Below are positions 35,800 to 46,314 of a stretch of 46,314 nucleotides of DNA, piece by piece. The DNA comes from Hydrurus foetidus (Eukaryota), in NCBI GenBank assembly GCA_900617105.1, contig UYFQ01000293.1, positions 1-46,314 of the forward strand. Direction: 5' to 3'. The position numbers and the translations under genes were made by a program. Within the stretch, counting starts at the first letter, position 1; each line of letters begins with the position of its first letter. The notes beneath the pieces are model-generated. The model saw only the letters and a program-made list of their open reading frames with translations, did not search any database and had not been told where the DNA came from.

Positions 35800-38775
35800 A
35801 TGTTCTACGTTAGTGGGTCGCCTTATCGCTTCATATCACTAAGAGTGATATATGCGGTGATGATTTTGTCATCTTTACAGTACCATGCTATGGCTGAAAA
35901 GATCAACACACATTCCTTTGAGCCTCCGTTTCAGGACATAGATACTTCAGGAAGCAGAATGGTTTCTAACTACTGGCGTGGATCGGGCTCCACAACAGTG
36001 AACAACAATTTTGCACGACTCACACCTGATCAGCAGAGCAAGAAGGGATCGCTGTGGTCTAGAGAAGTCCTCGACGTTCCTTCTTTCTCAACCATTCTAA
36101 AATTCAGAATAAGTGGGAAGGGTAAAGATCTTTTCGGAGATGGGATGGCTATCTGGTTTGTTCAGCAGGGATATTATATTGAAGGAGACCTACATGGATT
36201 TCAGGATGATTTCGTGGGAATCGGAGTAGTCTTTGATACTTTTAAGAACTCAGAACATCTAGATTCTCATAGGGATGTCACTGTTCTCATCAATAACGGT
36301 GAGAAAACATGGGAAATGATGACAGAAAGCGTGGAGGTATGACTGAAACCTTGAATTGCCGTCTGCGTAAAATTCACCGTAAATATCCACCAATACTACA
36401 CATTATTCATCTGGTTGTTTATATAACTACCCCATTCATCGAATGATGTACTGTCTCAATTGATGGCAGTCGGATTTTTTTATCTCTATTTGTCTACAAT
36501 CATTTATGCATGCATCTTTTACGATTCGTGTTGGCTAAATTCACAGGAATACCATCATCGTCGTCATCCAGATGTATCATGTAAAGTCTGAAGACACTCC
36601 CTATCACGATGAACGTTCCACTGTACCAATGACACAAGATTCACAATATTGCCTATTGTAATATTATACATAACTGTCACTTCTGCGCTACAGAGATGTC
36701 ACACTTTTCTAAACTGATATTACAAGTACATCACCTTCAATACTTTCAAGGGATGTAACACCCAAGTACGGTATCACAGCGACCGTGCTGATTTCAAAGT
36801 CACTGATGCGTCAGCAGCAAAAATTATCATCGATAATAGAGAGTAAGTCTTCCACTGTATAAAAATGATTCCTACCACATTGACATTGTATATGACAGAT
36901 TGGAAATTTCAGAAATAAAGATTAAATATTCTAGACTGTGATGGGAAGACAGTGTTGAGAAATGTGTTTAGCGATGTCGATATTGTTCTCATCTGATAGC
37001 GCTTCTTTTGTTTTAATACTTTATCGTCTGCTCATCAAATCTTTTTCTCATCTTCACTTCTCACTCCTCTTTCAATGCAGTCTAAGAATATGAGTTGACT
37101 CAATGACCTCAGAAACGATCACATTTTCATCATTATTTTTCTAATTTTTATCCGTTATTCTTTCCACACAGTTTGACAATATTGATTGATGCACGCAACA
37201 CGGGTGAATGGACTCCATGCGTTAAATTAAAGAGTATCGATTTACCCGAATTCTGGGCGGTGGATTCGTACATCGGACTGTCATCTTCAACGGGACAACT
37301 GTCAGGTTATTCCATTTTATTTATCGTGTATCATTATCTTCTCCTTTTCTTCCTTTTTTCAGGCCCTTTTTCTCACTCACTTCCGCCTTTTTTCCCCGCC
37401 TTCATCTCCTTTTTTTCGTTTTCTTTTTCTCTCTCTTCCGTAGACAATCACGATGTGATATCACTCGTTACCTATGTCGATGCGGACGTCATGGAGAAAG
37501 CCGAAAATGCCAAAACAAAACGCGTTTTATTCGAAGTTGCTCCTGCTAACGTCTCTGATGATGAAAGAGTGAGAAGGTATTCAGTACTATCAAAGGGCAC
37601 TGAGTGATTTGCAATTATTTGCATTACTTTCAATGATTCTTTTTCGTCTCTCCTTTTCACATTATTCATATGTCACTAAAATCATTGATTTATTTTTCTT
37701 CTTTGATTTATTTTTCTTCTTTCAGATTAGAAGAAACGATAAATAAAATCATGAATAAAATGGAATATATGGATCATCACTATGAGCATCATTTCGTGAC
37801 AAATAGCGATAATATTGATCACGTTAAAGCTAAATTGGACGATAAAGAAGATTCTGCTCTTCATAGAATAGATGAACTTGAGGGATTGGTGAAAAAGGTT
37901 CGTTTTTTATTTCACGTTTTTCGCAATTTCTAATATGAATATATTTCTTGCATTTTTTCCACTGCCCAGTATTGCGTTTCTCGTCTTGATTTTTGAGTTT
38001 CAAATAAGACAAGTTCGAGTCGATGGGTGAATTCAAAATGCAGCATATAGATAGGATCGAAATTACTGATATGCACTGAATTATTAATGATGAGATCATC
38101 TATTGAGTAAAATAGATTTTTAATTCAACCTTTAATTCTGATACTGCTGTGTCACCAAGTATATCTAATACTACATAACCACTCTATAATATTACAAAAT
38201 CCTCAAGTATTGAATTCGAGTAAATACCCCTCAAGCTGCCGTGAATATGTTCCGCATTTTATGTGATTAAACGTGGAAATCGTATATAGCTAAACAACTA
38301 GAAGCCACTGAGAATTGCGATATTTTACCTGTATTCTGTTCAATTCAATTTAGATTTAAATTTAGATTTAGGTGACACATTTTTTTGATTCTAAATGATG
38401 GAACATAATTGTGACGATGATGATTAATCCACTTACCCTAACTAAATTGTTAGCTCAACATAACATGTGGAAATAATCTAAACAATCTTTGCTACTTTGA
38501 CATTGTTCGTTCGACAGGAAGTAGGCACTGCGCTTGGAGAAAGAATGGACACAATGGAAAATATTCTCAAATCAAAAATGAACAAAAAAATAGAAAAATT
38601 TGAAGGAAAAATTGATGATCTGTTTTCCACTCCGGAATGGAAAGAAAAAAATAAATATTCAGGAGGTGGAAGTTGGCGATTACCATTTGCGTTTTTGCTT
38701 TTTTTAATGGTAGGTGGATGTGGTGGTGTTTATTATTTTTATCGAAAACTATTGAGAAAAATGCACCTACCATAA
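35800..38775 (+). CDS. L-type (legume-like) lectin cargo receptor, VIP36/ERGIC-53 family, 6 exons
   Basis: Signal peptide; HSFEPPF; RLTPDQQSKKGSLWS; FRISG..LFGDGMAIW; GIGVVFDTFKN; YIGLSSSTGQLSDNHDVISL; coiled stalk; TM segment WRLPFAFLLFLMVGGCGGVYYFY; tail RKMHLP. Exons about 35800-36336, 36751-36842, 37172-37285, 37444-37576, 37726-37897, 38518-38775. Confidence 0.9.
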
Positions 38776-40161
38776 TTGCAGTAAGAAATAAAAAGAACAA
38801 AGAAATTAAATACAAAAAAGGAAATGGCAAACGAAAAAATGGAGAGCTTTCCAGAGTGCAAAAGGTAGTGTAGTGTAGCGAAGCGAAGCAAAGCAAAGCG
38901 TTTTTAAGCATTTTGAATATGACAATAATACTATTTTTACATGCCGGAAATAACACCAATTTTATTATCAAGAATTTATTTAAAAAACAACGTAACTGTT
39001 GTCCGCCTGAGATTTTGATTTTCGATTATACAAGTAAGCGTGTAAATTAGTCAACATCAATGAAAATGGCTAAATCGCACAGGAGCAGAAGTACCGCTAA
39101 ATTGTGGAAAAATTGAAATTTGTGATTACTCATACTAAATTCCACCTCGTGATTCACACTGGTCAGCTATCTTATACCCGTTACGCGGTTATCTTGTACT
39201 CTACATACGTCATAGTAAGTACAGTGACGTGCGAGATGTTGACGCAGTGGATTGCATTCCGATGCGATGTGATGTTAGGAACATGACATCGTCCACTGCA
39301 TCTCTAGTTGTTTCCTGGGTCGGAATTCAAATTCTACGATCTGATTAGTGCAGCAATAATGGTATTGGTGTTTTATTGCTGATGCACTTCAATGCTGGAC
39401 CAACCCCTACTCACACACTTTTCAAATTCTTTTAAACCGACGATATTCTTCGAGAGATGTGGCGTATGCATATTGTCGTTTATAGCTGTGGGCCCAGCAA
39501 TGAAATGAATAGATCGGCAATAAAACACATTCCTTGATATCGATCCCACATGACCAGGCTGGACCGCGACACAGAAGTGATCTCATTCTCAGTTCATGCA
39601 CTTCGTCCCTTGTCAGCTGTCAACCTCATAACAGCTACTACAAAATGCTATACAATGCTTCTGCGGAACACGTCAATGACTTGTAGACGCAAATACAGAC
39701 ACGAAAACCTTTTGTTACTGTACATACTGAACAGTACGGTAGTTGAAATATTTTATACGGATATTCAACCTCTGCAAAACAAAGAAACAAAAAGGAGGAC
39801 TTTCATGATGTATTAGAAGCCTTTTAAGCTGATTGGCTTTCCGTGATGGCCTGTTGCATGGGTTTTGGTAAGCATGTCATCATTCAGATTAGAGGCCGCT
39901 TTTTCAGATTCAGAATAAAATGTTCTCGGAAGCCTTCCAGGCCTTTTCGTTTGCAAATTTTCGGTTTCCGAATTTATCCATGCAAAAATAATAGCGATGA
40001 TCAAATCTAGATTGCATCAAGCCATTTGAAGTACGTTTCAAAGAGCTTTAATTGTAAGGTGAATTTAGGAGTGAGGTCGAGATATTTCACAGCGAATAAA
40101 ATCTTGCCTAAGAATATTTTAACTGAAGATAATTGCAAAAACGAAGAATCGCTCATCACAA

Positions 40162-40986
40162 TCATTGTTTCTTTGTCAATGTCAACTCATACATAACAGC
40201 TGCTCCGCCTGGGATGAAAGGAGCGAGACCTTCGTCTCCGAAAGCAAGATAGGCAGGAATGACTGCTTTTCTCCTCATATTGTAATTCATGCCTTTCATC
40301 GCTTCCTTCAGCCCATTCAATGGAACGTCTTTAAAATTGGAATTCTCCACTGTGTATACCTCTTGGTATTTTCCGTCTTCCAAGCACTGGAATGTTAACA
40401 TATTACTCTCGCTTTTGTTGATCTGCAACCCATTATAGAACAACTTGGCAAGTAGCATCATCTCATCTCCTCTCTTCGGTGCAGCAATTGACTCCTCAAT
40501 CAGAATATTTGAGTCTGATTTCGACACAGTCGGTTGAAGATCAGTGTACTGAATTCCGTTCGACATGATGGTAGGAGCCATGTTATTTCTGGCGGCGTCG
40601 ACTTTTTTGCTGTAGTCAAACTTATCCGCCATTTCCTTCATGCGAATATTTAGAGAGAGGTATAGTACTGCAGCTGACACTACTATTTTTGCAAGCTCTT
40701 TCCGCGATTGGGCCTGAGTGCTAATTGGAACTGAAGATACGAAACCAGGACTTCCGATCAGACCTTTGTTTAGCTCATCGATTTCGTATGGATTTAGTGA
40801 AGAAGTGACAGAATTTGTTGCCATTTCATTTCGGTTCAGTAGATTGTAGTAGTCTTCGTTTGCGCTCATACGAGTCCCCGTTGTGAATGACTGTGAAGAC
40901 CATCGTGAAGGGAGAAAAGCATCAACTGGATAGTTGCTGATGGTGAAGGTGGAAATGAGTGCCAATAGAATACTTCGGTGCAGCAT
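40162..40986 (-). CDS. Plastid-targeted FKBP-type peptidyl-prolyl isomerase-like protein
   Basis: Signal peptide, ASAFAP-like VDAFLP motif and Ser-rich transit peptide. C-terminal FKBP signature GLKEAMKGM...RKAVIPAYLAFGDEG...IPGGAAVMYELTL. Single exon. Confidence 0.85.
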   Translation of the reverse strand: MLHRSILLALISTFTISNYPVDAFLPSRWSSQSFTTGTRMSANEDYYNLLNRNEMATNSVTSSLNPYEIDELNKGLIGSPGFVSSVPISTQAQSRKELAKIVVSAAVLYLSLNIRMKEMADKFDYSKKVDAARNNMAPTIMSNGIQYTDLQPTVSKSDSNILIEESIAAPKRGDEMMLLAKLFYNGLQINKSESNMLTFQCLEDGKYQEVYTVENSNFKDVPLNGLKEAMKGMNYNMRRKAVIPAYLAFGDEGLAPFIPGGAAVMYELTLTKKQ

Positions 40987-41209
40987 TTCTCAGCGGTCGT
41001 TATGATGAGATAGAGATTCCCACAGATTTCAGATCCGAACACTTTTAATGATGTTGAAAACGTGTGTTACTGTTGAGAGCTGACAGCGAAGCTCTTGAGC
41101 ATAAGCACCTCTGTTCTCTGTTCTGCCCAGCTATGGACCTGTAGTAAGTACGGGTACGTGCGCGCACATGCGTATATCGTACGTTGATGCGTAAGTACGT
41201 TTCTATCTA

Positions 41210-41662
41210 CCGTCGAGGGCCTATTCTTTTGCCATTTTGAAGTGAGAATAGGATTTTGACAACCGTCAGAATCACGGAAATTTTGACACGATAATTGCTA
41301 ACGGGAACTGCTAACTCCTCGGACATAGAATTTCACACAAATGTGATAGTGGATTCGGAAAGAGCATAGTTATTTTAGTTGCACTGCCTATTCAGTTTTC
41401 AATCTGCGGTCCCCAAAATCGAGAAATTTCGATCGCAAGGGACCGAAAGTTCATTTTGGATCGCGATTTGCAGCCGATCTGCTCCTCGTAGGTGTATGAC
41501 CATCATATATCAAAAGATGCGGACAACTTCAGGCAACATCAAACACATCTCATCGGGGTCCCCACTTCTCTAGTTGTCGCGAAATTGTTGGAAAACAGCC
41601 AAAAATCCCCGAAATTCCGAAAACCGGAAATCGAAAATGGCAAAAGAATAGGCACTCGACGT
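41210..41662. mobile_element. ~453-bp MITE, probably Tc1/mariner-pogo type
   Basis: ~29-bp TIRs (C/A)CGTCGAG(G/T)GCCTATTCTTTTGCCATTTT. TA on both sides (41208-41209, 41663-41664). An alternative reading gives a TATCT TSD. No credible coding capacity. Confidence 0.8.
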
Positions 41663-42635
41663 TATCTGCTTTTCCACTGTGTTTGTATTACAGTATAGTC
41701 TATGTGTGATAGTGATAATTGTAGTGTATCCAACGATTCGCGTTTCAGCGGAGCTATTTTTAATTTAAGTCCGCTTACAGTAGTCAGTATAGCTTATCGC
41801 GCACTCAACTAATGCAGTTCACTTATGGCATCATGACCTCTCGACACATCTTAGTAGGGTCCGACGCAATACTTTCGGGATAATCCACTATACCCGATCA
41901 AATAAGAACCAAAAATTTCAACTTGATGTTAACAAACCCCGATTGAAAATTGATTGCTCCTTGGTTGCCAGAAGTGGAGCGTCTAGATGAGACAGAAAAA
42001 ACGAATTACCCATCGAATCACAACGCTAATCGAATTCATGACCTATTTGATGACACTTTCGACTGTTTATCATACGGAGAGAACTTTATGATTGCTTAAG
42101 CGCTGTTCAAAAATTATTCCATCCCTGTTCTACTTGTTAAATCATGGCCTTGATACTTTTCTGGCGTAAATATGATTTTCCTGACTTAATCCTTCATCTT
42201 AAACATTCGCAGCTTTTATTATTTTTTCGCAAGGTCCTTCTTCAAGAAATTTCTTGTCCAGCAGAGGAGACACATCATAATGTTGGCAATATGTGATGCA
42301 GTAATGATGTACTGAAAATAAATCTAACATGGACTCAACAGTTTGGAGTTTGGACTCGGTATACGTACAGTGTCATTGTACATCAGTAGTCAGTAGTTAG
42401 TACGCACTTCTTTTGTGTTTGTGGCAGCTTAGTCCCCTAAGAGCTATTTCTTCTCGTGGGGGATGACGATTGTATAATTCACCTGAAAGGGGGGTCGAAA
42501 CCCGAACTATGAAGTACGCACTTTTTCTTCTTCTGCATACGCACTTGTTCTGAGTACACACTTCCCATTTTCGACACAATTGTGTCGAAAATGGGCTTGC
42601 CGTATTTCGGTCGGAGGTATACCGAATAGTATAAT

Positions 42636-43661
42636 ATGACTTCGACAATGTCAGCTGTAAGTGAGGATACATTAGTACCATTTGATAGTTCTATGACATT
42701 GCCATCAGATAGCACTATTGGAGACTTCTTGTACTATGCGATTACCTCTCTGACTTCTTGTAAAAATGAGAAGAATTTATGGGACGAGTACGTTAAAGAA
42801 ATAATTCCTGTACATTTCGGAAACGTTAAGGAGTTTAGAGCCCACGCTTCAGAAATCAAGAATGCAATCATTCTTGGAATTTCTGAAAAATTTCTTTTGA
42901 AAACTGGGTTGAAATTGATGAAGGCTCATGAAGTCATTGCCATGTCTGTCGCCGAAGTAGCTCGCATTAGTGCCTTGTCAAAAAAACAAAAAAAAGCCGA
43001 TAAGAATTCCGTAGATGTTGCTTTCAAAGAGAGAGTAGCGAAACTGGTTATCCTCATCAACAAGAGGGCAAATACCAGATTCAATCGCATGATTGAAAAG
43101 TATTTCCCGGAGAACGTGACTGTTTCATCTGTTGTCTCTACTCAGGTAAATCATAAATTGAATACGTTTGTTTTATCCATAATTTAAAAAAAATATTAAT
43201 ATTCTTTTATCTAGGAGAGTAGTCAGGATATTGGAGTAGGCGATGATGCTTCAAACGACGAGGAATTACCTGCCATTGAGGAAATGTCTGTTACTGCTGA
43301 ATTATCAGAAGAAGACACCCATGACAGTGATGTACTTGGAAAGCGCAAGAGGGAGCAAACCAATCATTACAATGCCTCTGGGCAATTGTCGGCAGCTGAA
43401 CCTTCCCAAAAAAAATCGAAGAAGAGATCACTTCCGGTTCTGGAGGTTCTTGATGAGGTCACTCCTTCCAAAGAAATTCAGGCTTTATATGGTCGGCTGA
43501 TGCTGAAGAAAGTTCTTCTTGACTTGACTGGTGACGAAGCTGATAGCGAGGATAATGATGTAGATGAGATGGCTAATGAGTTGGAATCGTGGGCGGCTTT
43601 TAATAAAGAGCAAAAAAGTGCATTTCTTCTTCATGTTAAATCATTTGTAAAACCCATGTAG
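42636..43661 (+). CDS. Unknown ~318-aa protein, probably nuclear, 2 exons
   Basis: Exon 42636-43145, 69-nt GT-AG intron 43146-43214, exon 43215-43661, all in frame. Helical N-terminal half, acidic low-complexity region, basic NLS-like GKRKR and KKSKKR. Confidence 0.65.
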
Positions 43662-43884
43662 AAGAAAATTGTTTATTTGGAGGCAAGTTTAACGTTAAGA
43701 TTGATGATAAATAATTTTAATTTTACATTGATTTTAATTTTTTTTAATCTCTAATGATTATTCGAAACCAATATACTTACGGTTGAATTTTTATCGAACG
43801 ATTCATAATTTTGAAAAGTAAATAAATATTTGTTCAATGATGTTTTGAGGATACTTTATAATTTATCATTTAATATATGAAGTA

Positions 43885-44355
43885 TTAAATTAATATGATT
43901 TCCCTATTATTTTCCTTATATATTGTATTGAATATGTTGTAAGTAACAAAATGTCTTAGATTACTATTCATGGAGTCTACATTTTCACAATTCCAATCTT
44001 CATATTTATTTGGTAAGCGAATCATACCAATAGTAAGCAGTCATATTGGAATATGGTTAGGTATGTTTCTGTTATTAATTAGATGCCATGAATATATATC
44101 ATAATCTGAATTTTGGGAAACATCATAATTGAGTCTTTCCATTCCACTTTTATACCATTTACGTATATTTTCAGTTACTTCATTATTATTGTGTCGCATA
44201 CTATCAATTATGTAATAATTTTTGTAACGGGGATCTATTATACATAATATCCAATGACCTATAAATGTTTTCAGAAAGTCTACTTGTGGAAGATAATCTG
44301 GAAATGTTTGAATAGCATGTATATTGTAGGAATTATATTGCGGTGTATTAACATG
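43885..44355 (-). pseudogene. Ulp1/C48-like cysteine protease fragment, interrupted by an LTR insertion
   Basis: Not in the ORF track. Reads HVNTP...GHWILCIIDPRYKNYYIIDSMR...HIP, with GHW at 44259-44251, then a stop at 44041-44043. The expected QxNxxDCG catalytic-Cys segment is missing. Very AT-rich. Confidence 0.6.
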
Positions 44356-44356
44356 G

Positions 44357-46314
44357 TGTAGCCATATGCCATTTAGTATGGCATTATGAGCTTCTAGGAC
44401 TATCGGTCTACAGATCGGTCTACAGGGTCGTAGGCTTCCAGCCTCACCCTTACAACATGTACTCTGCTATCATCTAGCTAGTCCACGTAGAAGTTACCCT
44501 AGCTACGGCTTTCCCCTGTAACTAAGACTTCAGCTCCTCTCCTTTCCTTCCTCTCTTTTGCCATTCGGACTACAATAGATCTATTCCGTCCACTCTTCTT
44601 TAGCTAATACCTCCGACTTCTACCTCTCCTTCCCGATACGCCACCTCCAGATCCCAGCCTCTGTCGACAGAGACGCGGACTCGAGTAAGCCTTCGTGGAT
44701 AAGTCTTTTTCGTTACTTGAAATCTATCTCAGCGATTAAGTTCGTCTGCAGACGATTTCTCTGGGGACTTTTACCGATCACAACTTGGATCCTCGAAGCT
44801 TTCGAGTTTGAGCACTTTCCAGTTAATTCTAGATCGTTTTGCACGATTGCCAAGGGTTAGTGAGCAACGTTAAATCGTTTTCTCGCCTCAACTGTGCTTG
44901 GTTGGCTTTAAATAGCTATTCTCACCGAGATTTTTGACACGTCAAAAATCTCGACTTCTCACCATATGCCTGCTTCGTTTCTAACTGCCTGCTGTTGTTT
45001 CCAAGGTTTTCTACCTTACAACACAGGGGGGAAACTCTGGCAAAAAAATTTCCAGAGTTAACTCTCTTCAGAAACAATTTTGACAGTAATATCTCTTAAA
45101 CCATATCAGGCTTAATTGCTTGATATGTCGAGCGGCTCTTCTAACACTGATCCCACCTCGGGAATATTGCTCCTGATGGCTTTCAAACAGCATCGGGTAG
45201 ATTGCGTCAACAGCAATCACAGTCGAGTAATTCTTCGACAAATCAACGCTCGGGTTCATCACCGATAGCATTCGATAATCGTCGTTCGCAGGGTTCATTA
45301 CCTGACAATGTACGTCGCTCTCAGTCTTCGACTGTTCAATTACAACAACCTTTGTTCGTATTGAAAGGGCCGCACATCTCTCCTGAAGAAGCTGTTCTGT
45401 TTAAGACACAGGCAATACGTGTCCCTGACACTCCGATAAATGAGGTGACGACTCTACAGACGTTTCGCCTCATCGATACAGTTATAAAATCTGATATCGA
45501 CTTCATGGACTATGACGATGATTTCTTCATGCATTGGTCAGAGCAAATGTCTTTAATAGATATTGCTGAAATTGTCATGAAGCATTTCGGGGAGAAAATA
45601 GACATGGGTAAAACTCTGAACCAAGCGTTCAATGAGATCCCATTTTGCTATTCCCTTGATGACAATTATTATGAGCTAAACAGTTCACAAAAAATGGACG
45701 ATTTACTCTATAATTATGTCTCAGCTGGTAACGAGGTTACAGCAGAACAAGAGCGTGAACTAATAATTTCGCTCGAGAAACGTTTAGAACACGGAAATCA
45801 AATTAAAATTGATTATGTTGCAGCAAGAGGAAGTAACACAACTCTTCGTGACGACACTTTTATGCAATGCAAACGTCGCATAATGCTCGTTCTGGCATCT
45901 GCTCGTAAGAAAATTAATGAGGTGAAAATGTATGGTAGTATCGACAAGATCTACTCATCACCTATACCGGCTATAATGCCGTTTAACCCTAACCGTCAAC
46001 CGCAAATAAAACTTGCGACGCGTGATCCGGTTACTGGCCAATCTACAGCAAAACAGATTCTGGCGAAACGTACAGATAGTACAGCAGTACCACCATTAGC
46101 ACGGTCTGCATGCTGCCGCTCTTGCGGAAGTGACGAACATATCCTAACGGATTGTCCTGTCCTTTACTGGTCTGACACCAATACAGATCACCACATCGAT
46201 TGGATTAACTCTAGAGTGGGTAAACTATGGGCTCAGCAAGGCCATAAAAAGCGTATGCCTGAACTCATTTTACCGGGTTATGAAAAATTACTTATTACTT
46301 CAACCGTTGGGTAC
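44357..46314 (+). mobile_element. Second Ty3/gypsy element of the same lineage (5' LTR, leader, gag), running off the window
   Basis: Putative 218-bp LTR at 44357-44574 (TGTAGCC...GGACTACA), whose 3' end CATTCGGACTACA resembles CATTTGGACTATA of element 1. Gag is homologous to element 1. The 3' LTR is outside the window, so LTR limits are inferred. Confidence 0.85.
45125..46314 (+). CDS. Gag (partial), probable 1-nt frameshift near the N-terminus
   Basis: Frame +1 is open from 45151 to the window end (missed by the ORF track). PLFVLKG, HFGEKIDMGKTLNQAF, EVTAEQERELIISLEKR, CRSCGSDEHILTDC and LWAQQGH...LPGYE align with element-1 KLFVLQN, YFGKRHDEKKTLAEVF, EITEEQQRDLIKIFEKR, CQCCGFATHRVADC and AWMAEGH...LPGWE. 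The ATG at 45125 is in frame +2. Confidence 0.85.

Overview
Eukaryotic nuclear DNA from an intron-rich protist. A nucleus-encoded FKBP with a signal peptide and an ASAFAP-like 'DAFLP' motif points to an ochrophyte stramenopile; chrysophyte is a guess. Host genes: a ~28-exon importin-7/8, a secreted double NHL beta-propeller protein, a 2-exon protein with an unrecognised 6x helical repeat, an L-type lectin (VIP36/ERGIC-53 family), a plastid FKBP and one unknown 2-exon gene. Mobile DNA: a decayed PIF/Harbinger element (TAA TSD), an intact Ty3/gypsy chromovirus, a foldback-type Mutator (MULE) element, an RLE non-LTR fragment inside a perfect 299-bp direct repeat, two MITEs, a broken Ulp1-like protease gene, and the 5' end of a second, divergent chromovirus of the same lineage. 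The most interesting candidate system is the chromovirus lineage. It has no tRNA PBS; instead a covarying 12-nt palindrome sits at the PBS position in both elements. The intact copy has TG..TA ends, 7 LTR-to-LTR mismatches confined to 24 nt, and a predicted 206-nt intron whose removal gives an immediate stop and a Gag-only protein. Both elements share a covarying leader hairpin. All calls come from reading the sequence by eye; no searches were run.
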